Shown here in pieces: positions 1-11,476 of a stretch of DNA of 64,000 nt; position 1 is the stretch's first letter, and each line of letters starts with the position of its first letter. A program made the translations under genes and the position numbers. Origin of the DNA: an uncultured delta proteobacterium (GTDB taxonomy: Bacteria; Desulfobacterota; Binatia; UBA9968). Under the pieces are notes generated by a model that saw only the letters and a program-made list of their open reading frames with translations, did no database searches and was not told the DNA's origin. Where the stretch lies: positions 384,001-448,000 of the forward strand of contig CAVXEP010000032.1 of the NCBI GenBank assembly GCA_963760795.1, read 5' to 3'.

Positions 1-731
1 CGGAACCATTGGCTGATCTTGACGCCGTCGAGATCGCCGGCGGTTTCGATGGCGACGGTCTCGATATCTTCGGTGTGCGCATGGTTGTGGTCGTGCTTGG
101 TAGCTTTGATTTCGAGATCGAGGGCGCGCAGGTCGAGGATCATGCCGATGTCGATGTCGGAATTTCTCGTCTGGCAGACACGCGCGGCGCCGTTGAGATT
201 TCTCAGCTTGAATTCCAGCTCCGGCAGATCTTCCGGATTGATCAGATCGATCTTGTTGAGCAGCACCATGTCGGCGAAGGCGATCTGTTCTTTGGCTTCC
301 GGTGAACTGCTCAGTTGCTGCAAGATATGTTTGGCGTCAACCACCGTCACGACACCGTTCAAGGCATATTCATTCTTGATTCGTTCGTCGATGAAGAAGC
401 TTTGGACCACCGGCGCCGGATCGGCCAATCCCGTGGTCTCGATCATCAGAGTGTCGAACTTTTCCCGGTGTTCGAGCAGTTGAAACAGGCTACGCAGCAA
501 ATCGCCGCGTACGCTGCAGCAGATGCAGCCGTTGCTCATTTCGACCACTTCCTGGTCCGACGAGATCAACAGATGGTGATCGATGCCGACTGCGCCAAAC
601 TCGTTGACAATGACGGCGACACGCCGGCCATGGTCGGCGGTCAGGATGCGATTGAGTAGCGTGGTTTTGCCGGCGCCGAGAAATCCCGTTAAAACGGTTA
701 CCGGTATGCGTCGATCGTTGCTTACTGCCAT
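1..731 (-). CDS. CobW/COG0523-family metal-binding GTPase (runs off the window start)
   Basis: Minus-strand translation from ATG at 731: IPVTVLTGFLGAGKTTLLN (Walker A), NEFG, NGCICC, ETTGLADP, LLNKIDL, His-rich patch. Confidence 0.9.
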   Translation of the reverse strand, partial: MAVSNDRRIPVTVLTGFLGAGKTTLLNRILTADHGRRVAVIVNEFGAVGIDHHLLISSDQEVVEMSNGCICCSVRGDLLRSLFQLLEHREKFDTLMIETTGLADPAPVVQSFFIDERIKNEYALNGVVTVVDAKHILQQLSSSPEAKEQIAFADMVLLNKIDLINPEDLPELEFKLRNLNGAARVCQTRNSDIDIGMILDLRALDLEIKATKHDHNHAHTEDIETVAIETAGDLDGVKISQWF

Positions 732-835
732 AGTGAAATTTCCTCGTAGTCGGCTGGTTAAAAAATAACAACGGCCGATAGTTGAGTCAACCTTGCAGCA
801 ATTGTATACCTTGTGCTGTTACGGAGGGTTTGGCG

Positions 836-1585
836 ATGAAACTCAAAGGCAAGGTCGCATTCGTTACCGGTTTCGGCTCCGGCTTGGGGCAAGCGATCGC
901 GATCATGTTCGCCAAGGAGGGCGCGGCGGTTGCCGGCATTTCCAAAACTGAAGCTAAAGGGTTGGAGACCGTCGCGGCGATCGAGAAGGCCGGCGGCAAG
1001 GCGTTATTTCGCGCCGGCGATATCTGCGATTCGGCGCAAATGAAAGCGCTCATCGACGATACCGTCAAGCGGTTCGGCGGCCTCGATATTCTCGTTAACA
1101 GCGCCGGCGTGCGCACCAATGGCAGTATCACTGAGATCACCGAGGATGATTGGGACCGCACTCTGGATACAAATTTAAGGGCCGTGTTTGTCGCCTCGCG
1201 TTTGGCGGTGCCGGAGATGAAAAAGCGCGGCGGCGGCGTGATCCTGCATATCGCGGCGCGCTCCGGCATGCTCGGCCAAGCCGGCCGGGCGGCGTATTGC
1301 GCCTCCAAGGGCGGCATGGTGACGCTCACCGAAGCGATGGCGATGGATCATGCCCAGGACAAGATTCGCGTGAATTGCATTTGCCCCGGCCCGACACGCA
1401 CGCCGATGGTCGATACCTCGACGCCGGAAAAGCTCGCGCGCTACAAAACCAGAGTGCCGATCGGCCGCATCGGTGAGCCTGAGGATGTCGCTTATGCGGC
1501 CGTGTATCTCGCTTCTGACGACGCTTCGATGGTGACGGCGGCGATTTTGCCGGTGGACGGCGGCATGCGGCTGACTGGGTCGTGA
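836..1585 (+). CDS. SDR family NAD(P)-dependent oxidoreductase
   Basis: TGFGSGLG Rossmann motif, NSAG, YCASK catalytic motif. Confidence 0.9.
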   Translation: MKLKGKVAFVTGFGSGLGQAIAIMFAKEGAAVAGISKTEAKGLETVAAIEKAGGKALFRAGDICDSAQMKALIDDTVKRFGGLDILVNSAGVRTNGSITEITEDDWDRTLDTNLRAVFVASRLAVPEMKKRGGGVILHIAARSGMLGQAGRAAYCASKGGMVTLTEAMAMDHAQDKIRVNCICPGPTRTPMVDTSTPEKLARYKTRVPIGRIGEPEDVAYAAVYLASDDASMVTAAILPVDGGMRLTGS

Positions 1586-1629
1586 ACGTAGTGGCTAGTG
1601 ATTTAGGATGCTCATCAAGGACAGTTTGA

Positions 1630-2265
1630 ATGCTCGATGTTAGGCCCATAGGGATCGAAGATTACGCGGAGCGGTGCAGTAAGCCGTTGTCGGCACTGCA
1701 CGATAAGCTGTGGGTGGAGACTTATTGCCAGACGCGCAATCCGCAGATGATGGTAGGCGCTCTGGAAGGGCAGTTTCTCAAAATGATCGTCGGCCTCACC
1801 GGCGCGCGGCGGATCTTAGAAATTGGCATGTTCACCGGCTACAGCACTTTGGCATTGGCCGAGGCGTTGCCCAAGGGCGGCACCATCGTGGCTTGTGAGA
1901 TCGACCGGGTGGCTGCGGACATCGCCAAGCGTTATTTTGCCGAGAGCGCGCACAATGACAAAATAGAAGTGCGGGTCGGCGCCGCGGCGGAAAGTCTCAA
2001 GCGGGTATGGGGTCCTTTCGATCTCTGCTTCATCGATGCCGACAAGGAAAACTACGGCGCCTACTATGACGCATGCCTAGAATTGACCAGGACGCGCGGG
2101 TTGATCGTTCTCGATAACGTCCTGCGCGACGGCCGCGTGCTCGACCCGCAAGACGACTGCACGAAATCTTTAGACGCGCTCAACAAAAGAATTCGCAGCG
2201 ATCCGCGCGTCGAGAATGTCCTGCTGCCGGTGCGCGATGGCATCATGCTGGTGCGCAAGCTGTAA
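1630..2265 (+). CDS. Class I SAM-dependent O-methyltransferase (CCoAOMT-like)
   Basis: LEIGMFTGYS, FIDADKENY, LDNVL motifs. Confidence 0.9.
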   Translation: MLDVRPIGIEDYAERCSKPLSALHDKLWVETYCQTRNPQMMVGALEGQFLKMIVGLTGARRILEIGMFTGYSTLALAEALPKGGTIVACEIDRVAADIAKRYFAESAHNDKIEVRVGAAAESLKRVWGPFDLCFIDADKENYGAYYDACLELTRTRGLIVLDNVLRDGRVLDPQDDCTKSLDALNKRIRSDPRVENVLLPVRDGIMLVRKL

Positions 2266-2299
2266 GTTGGCAATGCCGATATCGGCGAATGCTTCCACC

Positions 2300-3195
2300 A
2301 GTCAGTGAACTAGAGGTTTTGCTTCGACAGCGATGCGAGAGTTCGTTCGAGATCTTTCGGCAGTTTTGCTTGCCACTGGCAAACTTTGCCGGCGACGTTA
2401 AGGCGCAGCTTTTGCGCGTGTAGGAACTGTCGCTTCAAGCCGTATTCCTTGCGAAAGTGTCTTGTTGAAAGCGAAGTCGCCATGCTGATCGTCCATGACG
2501 ACGGGATGGCCGAGCTGGGCGAAGTGCAGGCGGATTTGATGCAGGCGGCCGGTTTCGATGGCGACCCGGACCAGCGTGACCTCCGAGTGGCGTTTGACTA
2601 CCCAATAGCGCGTCAGGGCGCGCACTGGATTGCCGTCGCGTCCCGGCAACGGCGTGTCGATGACTCCTTGATTGTGCGCTAACCGCCCCGCCACCAAGGC
2701 GAGATACTCTTTATCGACCGCGCCGGTTTCGAAGGCTTGCGCCAATTCCTCGGCGGTCTTTGGATTCTTCGCGACTAGGAGAAGGCCGGAGGTATCCTGG
2801 TCCAGGCGATGGACGAGTTGCGGTTTGCTCTGACTCTCGCGGTATTGCCGTTCTAATATCCCCAGCACCGAGTCGCGCTTGCTGACCGTCTTGCCTTCGT
2901 GCACGGCCAAGCCGGCCGGTTTGTCGACGACCAGCAAGTTGCTGTCCTCAAAAACGATGTCGAGCTTCGGCGCCACAAGTGTCGGTGGGGTACGCGTCCT
3001 TTGCGTGTCGAAGGGAATGTAGAGTTGGATCTTGTCGCCGGCGCGAATTCCATCTGCCGGTTTGGCGCGCTTGCCGTTCAAGCGAATGCCGTTCTTGCGA
3101 AACAGCTTGCGGACATAACCGATTGGGAATTCTTTCTTGAGGTAGTTCTCAAGTTTCTTGCCGCTGTCGTTACTCCCCAGGACAATTTCCCGCAT
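2300..3195 (-). CDS. RluA/RluC-family pseudouridine synthase (frameshift near 2455; 3' end approximate)
   Basis: S4-like N-terminus, VDKPAGLAVH, VHRLDQDTSG, TGRLHQIRLH; RQFLHA continues in another frame. Confidence 0.85.
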
Positions 3196-3339
3196 GGCAC
3201 CGCAGAGTAAACGGTAGAACTCCCGCGGAGTCAAGCTTGGGGTCCAGCAATATTTGCAATTCTCTAATTATTAAGATAGCTTACGTCGCACTGCGCCAAG
3301 GAGATTCTCCTTGTTGGTTGGCGCCGGGTGAGGTCGTCA

Positions 3340-4417
3340 TTGAGTCGAAACGAGTCGGTCGATGTTCTAAGAAAAAAAATCGATCAGATTGATGAAAAAA
3401 TCGTTAACCTTCTAAACGCTCGGGCCGCGCTGGCACAACGTATCGGACACAGCAAGAGCCTATCCAGTCAAGAGGTTTACGTTCCCAATCGCGAGAAGGA
3501 GATTCTGCGACGCGTCTCCGCATCGACTCGCGGCCCACTTTCCGCTGACGCCATCCGTTCGGTATTTCGTGAAATAATTTCGGCCTGCCGGTCGCTTGAA
3601 GCGCCGCTGCGGGTCGCCTACTTCGGTGCCGAGGCGACCTACAGCCATCTGGCGGCGAAAGAAAAATTCGGTTCATCAGCCGAGCTGTGCTCGACGGCGA
3701 CCATCGCCGAGGTCTTTCAAGAGGTCAGCCAGGACCGCGCATCATTGGGCGTGGTACCGATCGAGAACTCGACTGAAGGCGTGGTGGCGCATACCCTCGA
3801 TTGTTTGGTCGAATCGGACCTGCAAATTTGCGCCGAAGTCTATTTGGATATTCATCACCATCTTTTGTCCAAGAGCGGCAATGCCGGCAGATGTCCGGCG
3901 GATCATCTCCCATCCCCAGGCGCTGGCGCAGTGCCGCGGCTGGCTGACGGCGCATTTCCCCAAAATTACCGTGGAAGAAGTGGCGAGCACCGCCCATGGA
4001 GCGATCGCGGCCGCCAATGACGGCGGCATCGCCGCCATCTCCAGCGCTTTGGCCAAAGAGGTTTATAACCTGGTGGCGGTGGCCAGTAATATCGAAGACC
4101 GCAGCAACAACATCACACGCTTTTTGGTCATCGGTAAGATGCTGACCAAGCCCTGCGGTGACGACAAAACTTCGTTGGTATTCTCCGCCAAAGACAAGCC
4201 GGGCGTGCTGTTCCAAATGCTTCAGCCCTTCGCCAAGAGCCGAATCAATTTGTCTAAGATCGAGTCCCGGCCAATCAAGAACAAACCCTGGGAGTACCTG
4301 TTCTTCTTGGATCTCATGGGGCACCGGGAACAGGCTGCGGTGAAAAAAGCCATCGCCGAGCTGGAAAAAAATTGTGTCTTTCTAAAAGTCATGGGTTCCT
4401 ACGCGAGTGGCCGATGA
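3340..4417 (+). CDS. pheA: Chorismate mutase/prephenate dehydratase (frameshift near 3885)
   Basis: [15 protein letters not shown] chorismate mutase domain, VPIENSTEG, then in a second frame [23 protein letters not shown]. Confidence 0.92.
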
Positions 4418-5512
4418 AGATCGTCGAGCAACTACCCGAATATATTCGCAGCTTGATCCCCTACGAGCCGGGTAAGCCGATCGAAGAGGTGGAACGGGAG
4501 TATGGCATCGCCAACTCCACCAAGCTGGCGTCGAACGAAAATCCTTTGGGGCCGTCGCCCAAAGCGCTGGCAGCGATTCGCGCCAAGCTTGACTGAACTT
4601 CATCTCTATCCTGACGGCGATTGCTTCTATCTAAAAAACGGCCTGGCGAAAAAGCTTGGCGTGGCGCCAGACGAGTTGATCTTTGGCAACGGCTCCAACG
4701 AGATCATCGAGTTGGCGGTGCGCGCCTTCATGCGACCGGGAGATCAGGCGGTGATGGCGCGCCAGGCGTTCGTGGTCTACCAGCTGATCGTTCAAGCGGT
4801 GGGCGGCAAGAGCGTGCAAGTGGCGCTGCGCGACTTCACCCATGATCTTAGCGCCATCGCCGCCGCGGTGACAGCCGAGACGAAGATCGTTTTCCTCGCC
4901 AACCCGAATAATCCCACCGGGACGATCTATCGGCGCGCCGAGTGGGAAGCCTTTCTCGCCCAGCTACCCAAGGATTTGCTGCTGATCGTCGACGAGGCTT
5001 ATTTCGAATACGTCCAGGACGCCGGCTACCCGGACTCGCTCAAGTACCATCGCGACGACCGGCCCATGCTCACGCTGCGGACCTTTTCCAAGCTCTACGG
5101 CTTGGCTGGCTTGCGCGTCGGCTATGGTGTCGGGCCGCGGCAAATCATTTCAATGATGCAGCGGGTGCGCCAGCCCTTCAACGTCAACGCGCCGGCCCAG
5201 TGGGCGGCGCTGGCGGCATTGGACGATGGCGATCATGTGCGGCGCAGCTTGGCGCTGAACCGGGAGGGGCTGGAGTTTCTCGGCGCGGAATTCAAAAAGC
5301 TCGGTCTGGAGTTCGTGCCGAGCCATGGCAATTTTATCTTGGTGCGTGTCGGTAAAGGCCAGGAAGTCTATAAGCAGTTGCTCGGCCAAGGTGTAATCGT
5401 CCGGCCCATGGGCGGTTACCAGTTTCCCGAACATATCCGCGTGACGGTCGGCACCATGGATGAGAATCGAAAATTTATCGAGGCATTGAACAAAGTCATC
5501 AAGAGTTTCTAG
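4414..5512 (+). CDS. hisC: Histidinol-phosphate aminotransferase (frameshift near 4590)
   Basis: [46 protein letters not shown]. Confidence 0.92.
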
Positions 5513-5532
5513 CAGCGGGAGTGATCAAGAGC

Positions 5533-6412
5533 GTGGCAGTGCAAGTTTGAAAAATTGGTGTTGGCGGGAGTTGGGCTGATCTGCGGCTCCTTGGCCCTCG
5601 ACATGCGCCGGCGCAAACTGGTCAAAGAAGTGATCGGTTACGGCCGCAGCGAAAGCAATTTGAAGATCGCCAGGAAGAAGGGGCTCATCGACAGTTATTT
5701 TGTCCGCCCAGCCGATTTCCCAGCCGGCGTCGATTTTCTCATGATCGGCACGCCGGTGGAGACCATCGTGCCGCTGACCCAAACGTTTCTGCCCAAGCTG
5801 GAGAAGGGTTGTATCGTCAGCGATGTCGGCAGCGTCAAAGGCGAGATCGTCCGCGGCATGGAGAAGATCCTGCCTAAGCATATATCGTTTGTCGCCGGCC
5901 ATCCGATCGCCGGCAGCGAGCAATGGGGTGCCCAGGCGGCGCGGGAGAATCTGTTTGTGCGCCATCGCTGCGTGCTGACGCCGACCAAGAGGACCGATAA
6001 AAAAGCCTTGAAAAAAGTCGCCGAGCTATGGCGCCAGGTGGGCGCCGATGTCGAGATCATGCATCCCGATACTCACGACCGGGTGTTGGGCGTGATCAGC
6101 CATCTGCCCCATGTGTTAGTCTACGCCCTGGTGAACGCGCTCAACCGGACAAACTTAAAAGGCGTCGATCTTAAAACCTACTGCGCCGGCGGCTTCAAGG
6201 ATTTCACCCGCATCGCCTCGAGCCGGCCGGAACTATGGCGGGATATTTGTTTGATGAACCGGCGCGCCCTGGGCCGCTCTCTCACCGATTACATCAAGTA
6301 TCTCGAACAGCTGAACCGGTGGATTCGTGATCGAAAAAGGCGGCTTGCTAGAGAAGGAGTTTGCCCGCGCCTACGATACCCGCGCGCAAATTCCATAACG
6401 ACGAAATCATGA
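5533..6412 (+). CDS. tyrA: Prephenate/arogenate dehydrogenase (probable indels at both ends)
   Basis: GVGLICGS, DVGSVK, HPIAGSE, SHLPH, DFTRIASS; position in pheA-hisC-tyrA-aroA-cmk. Confidence 0.88.
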
Positions 6413-7698
6413 AGCGACGCATCGAACCGATCGACAGACCTCTCCATGGGGCGATTACCGTCCCAGGCGACAAATCCATCGCCCACCGCGCGGTGATCTT
6501 TGGCAGTATCGCCGAGGGACGCACGCGGATCTTCAACTTGTCCGGGGGCGAAGACAATTCGCGCACGGTGCGGGCGTTCCGCCAGTTGGGTGTGGAGATC
6601 GGCAGGGATGGCGATGCGCTTTGCATCGAGGGCCAGGGCTTCGCTGGCCTGCGCCAGGCAAGCGCTGCGATCGATTGCGGTAACTCCGGGACAACGATCC
6701 GCTTGATGTCAGGGCTGCTTGCCGGTCTGCCGTTTCACAGTGAACTCGATGGCGATGCATCGATCCGCCAGCGGCCCATGCAGCGGGTGATCGATCCGCT
6801 GGTGCAAATGGGCGCGCGGATTCGCAGCAAAGCCGGCAACGGCTTGGCGCCGCTGGAAATCGATGGCGGCGGCCTGCACGGCATGTCTTACCGCATGCCC
6901 ATCGCCAGCGCTCAGGTGAAGTCGGCGATCCTGTTGGCGGCATTGCAAGCCGACGGCGAGACCAGAATCGAAGAGCCGCAGCGTTCGCGCGATCACAGTG
7001 AAGTGATGATTCGCGGTTTCGGCGGCGAGATTAACGTTGATGGCGTTCATATCGGCATTAATGGCGGGCAGTCACTGCGCGGCCAAGATGTGCGCATTCC
7101 GGGTGATATCTCTTCGGCGGCGTTTTTTCTCGTCGCGGCGGCGCTGATTCCCGGCTCGGAGGTGACGATCCGCAATGTCGGCTGCAATCCGACCCGGGAC
7201 GGCGTCGTTGAGATTCTCCGCGCCATGGGCGCGGCCATCGAATTGCTCAATCAACGAACCGAGGCCGGTGAGCGGGTGGTCGACATTCACGTTGCCGGCG
7301 GTCCCTTGCACGGTGTCGATGTCGGTCCCGAGCTGGTGGCGCGCACCATCGATGAATACCCGATCTTGGCCATCGCGGGCGCGGTTGCCCAGGGGGTGAC
7401 GCGCTTCGCCGATATCAAGGAGCTCCGGTTCAAGGAGTCCGACCGCATCGCCGCCATGACCGAGGGGTTGCATACTCTTGGCGTGAAAGTCGATGCGTGC
7501 GATGACGCTATGACGATTTACGGTGGGCAGGAGCTGAAGGGGGGCGCGGTACGCAGTTTCGCCGATCACAGAGTAGCCATGTCCTTCGCGGTAGCCGGCT
7601 TGGTGAGCGGTGGCGGAGTTGAGATCGACGACCCCCGTTGTGCCAGCATATCGTTCCCGACGTTCTTCGATTTGTTGGAGCAAATTTGTTTGCATTAA
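6409..7698 (+). CDS. aroA: 3-phosphoshikimate 1-carboxyvinyltransferase
   Basis: PGDKSIAHR, CGNSGTT, SAQVKSA, KESDRI, DHRVAMS. Confidence 0.95.
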   Translation: MKRRIEPIDRPLHGAITVPGDKSIAHRAVIFGSIAEGRTRIFNLSGGEDNSRTVRAFRQLGVEIGRDGDALCIEGQGFAGLRQASAAIDCGNSGTTIRLMSGLLAGLPFHSELDGDASIRQRPMQRVIDPLVQMGARIRSKAGNGLAPLEIDGGGLHGMSYRMPIASAQVKSAILLAALQADGETRIEEPQRSRDHSEVMIRGFGGEINVDGVHIGINGGQSLRGQDVRIPGDISSAAFFLVAAALIPGSEVTIRNVGCNPTRDGVVEILRAMGAAIELLNQRTEAGERVVDIHVAGGPLHGVDVGPELVARTIDEYPILAIAGAVAQGVTRFADIKELRFKESDRIAAMTEGLHTLGVKVDACDDAMTIYGGQELKGGAVRSFADHRVAMSFAVAGLVSGGGVEIDDPRCASISFPTFFDLLEQICLH

Positions 7699-7742
7699 CC
7701 GCAGGGACAGAGGATAGTCGGCCCAATCCAAAGGGGAATCGG

Positions 7743-8411
7743 TTGATCATCGCCATCGACGGGCCATCGGGCGCCGGTAAGAGCACTTTAGCCAAACGAC
7801 TGGCTAAGGAGCTAGGGTTTATTTACCTCGATACCGGTGCGTTGTACCGCGCCCTGGCCTTGAAGGTCTTGCGCCAAACTGTCGACTTGGCGGATGATGA
7901 CCGTCTTAACCGGCTGGTGGACGATACCGAGATCGACTTACGCCACCGAGATGGTAAGCTTGAGGTGCTGCTCGACGGCGAGGATGTCGGCGCGCAGATC
8001 AGGACACCGGAGGTTAGCCAGATGGCGTCCAAGGTATCGGCGCTGAAAAAAGTTCGTAGCCGGATGCTGGAACTTCAGCGCGAAATGGGCGAGCGCGGCA
8101 GCGTGGTGGCCGAAGGGCGCGATATCGGTACGGTGATTTTCCCCCAGGCTCAAGTGAAGATATATCTCGATGCTTCGCCGGGGGAGCGGGCGCGGCGTCG
8201 TTACGAAGAACTCAAGGCCGCCGGCCGGCCAGTGGATTTACAAGTAACGATGCGCGAGATCGAGGAGCGCGACAAACGCGATAGCGAGCGCGATCTCGCG
8301 CCGTTGTGCAAGGCCGATGACGCGTTGCTGGTCGACTCGTCGTCTGTCGATGCCGAGCAAGTGGCGGCGTTGGTGCTCAATCAAGTAAAGAATAAGGCAA
8401 CGGTAAATTAA
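7743..8411 (+). CDS. cmk: Cytidylate kinase (start uncertain)
   Basis: IAIDGPSGAGKST, LDTGALYR, EGRDIGT, RDKRDSER. Confidence 0.95.
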   Translation: MIIAIDGPSGAGKSTLAKRLAKELGFIYLDTGALYRALALKVLRQTVDLADDDRLNRLVDDTEIDLRHRDGKLEVLLDGEDVGAQIRTPEVSQMASKVSALKKVRSRMLELQREMGERGSVVAEGRDIGTVIFPQAQVKIYLDASPGERARRRYEELKAAGRPVDLQVTMREIEERDKRDSERDLAPLCKADDALLVDSSSVDAEQVAALVLNQVKNKATVN

Positions 8412-8431
8412 ATAGATCGGAGTTGGTTTTC

Positions 8432-10177
8432 ATGGCTGAACAGGAACAACAAAAACCAGGCGCAGCGGCAGGCGGCGCCAGCGAATTCGAAGCGATGTTT
8501 GAAGAGAGCCTGCGCACGGTAAAGCCCGGCGGTATCGTCAAAGGACGGGTGGTTGGTATCACGGCGACTCATGTTTTGATCGATGTCGGTTACAAGTCCG
8601 AGGGGCAAATTCCGATCCACGAGTTCACCGACCGCCAAGGCAACGTCAGCGCCAAGGTCGGCGACGATGTCGATGTTTATTTCGATTCCTCGGAGAACGA
8701 GAGCGGCGGCATTCAACTGTCGCGCTTGCGCGCCGAGAATCTCAAAGTCTGGGATGAAATCGAAAAGGCCTTCAATGAAGGCCAAGGCGTCGAAGGTTTG
8801 ATCGTCGGCAAGGTCAAGGGCGGCTTCAAGGTCGATATCGGCATCGCGGCATTCCTACCGGGCTCCCATGTCGACATCCGGCCCAATCGCAATCTCGACC
8901 GCTTTATCGGCACCCGGGACCGCTTCGCGATTCTGAAATTCAACCGCATGCGCGGCAACGTCGTGTTGTCGCGGCGCGAGCTCTTGGAGAAGGAACGGGG
9001 CGAGCTCAAGCAGGAGATCCTCAAAGTTCTCGAGGAGGGCGTAATCCTTGAGGGTATCATCAAGAATATCACCGGCTACGGCGCCTTCGTCGATCTCGGC
9101 GGCATCGACGGCATCCTGCATATCAGCGATATGTCCTGGGGACGGATCAGCCATCCTTCGGAGATCGTTCAGGTCGGCGAAACCGTCAAGGTGGTGGTGC
9201 TCAAGTTCGATAACGAAAAGGAGCGTATCTCCCTCGGCATGAAGCAGCTCACCCCCGACCCCTGGCAAACCGTGGCGGAGAAATACCGCATCAGCACCAG
9301 GGTGCAAGGTAAAGTCATCAGCATCATGGACTACGGCGCCTTCGTGGAATTAGAGAGCGGCATCGAAGGATTGATCCATATCTCCGAGATGTCGTGGACG
9401 CGCAAAGTCACTCATCCGTCGAAGCTCTTGCAGGTCAATCAGCAAGTCGAAGTCGTGGTTCTCAATGTCGACCCTGGCCACCGGCGGATCTCCCTGGGCT
9501 TGAAGCAAGTGATGGCCAATCCTTGGGAAGCGGCGCGGGATAAATACCCGGTCGGCACCGTGGTCAGCGGCCCGGTGCGCAACATCACCGACTTCGGCAT
9601 CTTTGTCGGAATCGAGGAAGGCATCGACGGTTTGGTCCATATCTCTGATTTGCACTGGACCAAGAAGGTCAAGCATCCGTCCGAACTCTTTAAGAAGGGC
9701 GATGTTGTCGAAGCTAAGGTGTTGGGTGTCAATGTCGAAAACGAACGCTTTTCTTTCGGCATCAAACAGATGGCTCCCGATCCCTGGAAAGCCGTGGCCG
9801 ACAAATATCCGGTCGGTGCCAAACTCAAGGGGCAAGTGACCAGCGTGCCGGATTTCGGCGTGTTTGTGCGCATCGACGAAGGGGTCGAAGGGTTGATTCA
9901 TGTCTCACAGCTGAGCACCGAGCGGGTCGACAAGCCGGCGAGCTTATACAAAGTCGGCGACGAGGTCGAAGCTGAAGTGGTCAGCATCGATCTTAACGAC
10001 CGCAAGATCGGTCTCAGCGTGCGCGCCCTGCGCCGCTCCGAAGAGCGCCAGGAAATGGAAAATTATCTCAAGCGCGAGAAAGAGGGCGGTCGCTTTTCCT
10101 TCGAGTCACTATTGGGCGACGAGCTGCGCTTGGACCGCGACGATGACAGCGCGCGCGGGCGCAAGGGCCGCAACTAA
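8432..10177 (+). CDS. rpsA: 30S ribosomal protein S1
   Basis: Repeated S1 domains (YGAFVDLGGIDGILHISDMSW etc.), located after cmk. Confidence 0.97.
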   Translation: MAEQEQQKPGAAAGGASEFEAMFEESLRTVKPGGIVKGRVVGITATHVLIDVGYKSEGQIPIHEFTDRQGNVSAKVGDDVDVYFDSSENESGGIQLSRLRAENLKVWDEIEKAFNEGQGVEGLIVGKVKGGFKVDIGIAAFLPGSHVDIRPNRNLDRFIGTRDRFAILKFNRMRGNVVLSRRELLEKERGELKQEILKVLEEGVILEGIIKNITGYGAFVDLGGIDGILHISDMSWGRISHPSEIVQVGETVKVVVLKFDNEKERISLGMKQLTPDPWQTVAEKYRISTRVQGKVISIMDYGAFVELESGIEGLIHISEMSWTRKVTHPSKLLQVNQQVEVVVLNVDPGHRRISLGLKQVMANPWEAARDKYPVGTVVSGPVRNITDFGIFVGIEEGIDGLVHISDLHWTKKVKHPSELFKKGDVVEAKVLGVNVENERFSFGIKQMAPDPWKAVADKYPVGAKLKGQVTSVPDFGVFVRIDEGVEGLIHVSQLSTERVDKPASLYKVGDEVEAEVVSIDLNDRKIGLSVRALRRSEERQEMENYLKREKEGGRFSFESLLGDELRLDRDDDSARGRKGRN

Positions 10178-10197
10178 GCGCGGACGCGAACGTAGTC

Positions 10198-11107
10198 ATG
10201 GCAACGCTGACGACCAAGCACTCGATCCTGCGCGGCAATGGGGATTTTGTTCGTATTCATGTTGGTGGTGTTTTGTGGGACATTTTTCTACGCCTATCTG
10301 AGCGGCGGCGATTCCAAAGTTTTGTCGCTATTTTCCGGCGATGGTGTCGGGGTTTTGCAAGTCGAAGGGGCGATCGACGATTCGCGCTCCGTGCTCGCTG
10401 AACTCCAGCGCTTTCGCCAGATGCCATGGATCAAAGCGGTGGTGGTGCGCATCGACAGCCCGGGCGGCGCGGTGGCGCCGACCCAGGAGATCTTCGAGGA
10501 AATTCAAAGAACCAAAAAGAAAAAGCCCTGTATCGCGTCCATGGGCAGCGTCGCGGCGTCCGGCGGATATTATATCGCCAGCGCCTGCGATAAGATCTTG
10601 GCCAATCCCGGCACCATGACCGGTTCCATCGGCGTCATCATGCAGCTCAGCAACCTCGAAGAGCTGATGAAAAAAATCGGCGTCAAGGGCGTCAATATCA
10701 AAAGCGGCGCCAATAAAGACATCGGTTCGCCGTTTCAACCTTTGTCCCAAGAAGGGCGCGAGATCCTGCAAGCGCTGGTCGACAACGTGCATGGTCAATT
10801 CGTCACCGCGGTGGCCAAAGGGCGCGGCATGGACGAGGCCCGCGTACGCAAGCTCGCCGATGGCCGGATCTATTCCGGCGCACAAGCGAAGGAACTCGGT
10901 TTGGTCGATCAATTAGGCACCCTCGAGGATGCCATCGATCTGGCCGCAAAGCAGGCCGGCCTGGACGGCGAGCCGGCGGTTTACTATTCCCGCCCGGAAC
11001 GGGAACGCTGGTGGGACCGGTTATTCATGGGCATCTTCGGTGTGCGCTTGCCTGGTTCCGAGCGCGGTTGGCTGCGCTATGAATGGTCGCTGTCGATGTT
11101 GCAGTGA
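10198..11107 (+). CDS. sppA: Signal peptide peptidase SppA, 36K type (possible indel near the start)
   Basis: RIDSPGG, AASGGYYIA, TGSIGVI, DGRIYSG; between rpsA and ihfB. Confidence 0.92.
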
Positions 11108-11164
11108 GCGTGGTTGCCGGCACTGAACTTAAAAAAATAAAAATGCTGTTGTGAGGGTGATGTT

Positions 11165-11476
11165 ATGACCAAAAGAGACTTGATCGATGAGGTGAATAAG
11201 CGTTTCCCTCATCTCTCACGGCGGGATTCGGAGGTTATTATCAACGCCATCTTCGATTCCATGGTCGATGCCTTAGCGGGCGGCGACCGCATCGAAATCC
11301 GTGGCTTCGGTAGTTTCGTCGTCAAGAACCGCCGCGCGCGCCAGGGACGTAATCCCAAGAGCGGCGCCTTGGTATCGGTGGCCGCCAAGCGGGTGCCGTT
11401 TTTTAAAGTCGGCAAAGAGTTGCGCCTACGGGTCGACGGCAAACCTTATGATCCAGAGATCGACGGAGAAGATTGA
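11165..11476 (+). CDS. ihfB: Integration host factor beta subunit
   Basis: MTKRDLI, RIEIRGFGSF, GRNPKSG, PFFKVGKELR. Confidence 0.9.
   Translation: MTKRDLIDEVNKRFPHLSRRDSEVIINAIFDSMVDALAGGDRIEIRGFGSFVVKNRRARQGRNPKSGALVSVAAKRVPFFKVGKELRLRVDGKPYDPEIDGED

Noticed and set aside
3860-4600. Programmed frameshifting in pheA and hisC
   Set aside because: No slippery site or known precedent; indels occur throughout the window, consistent with sequencing error
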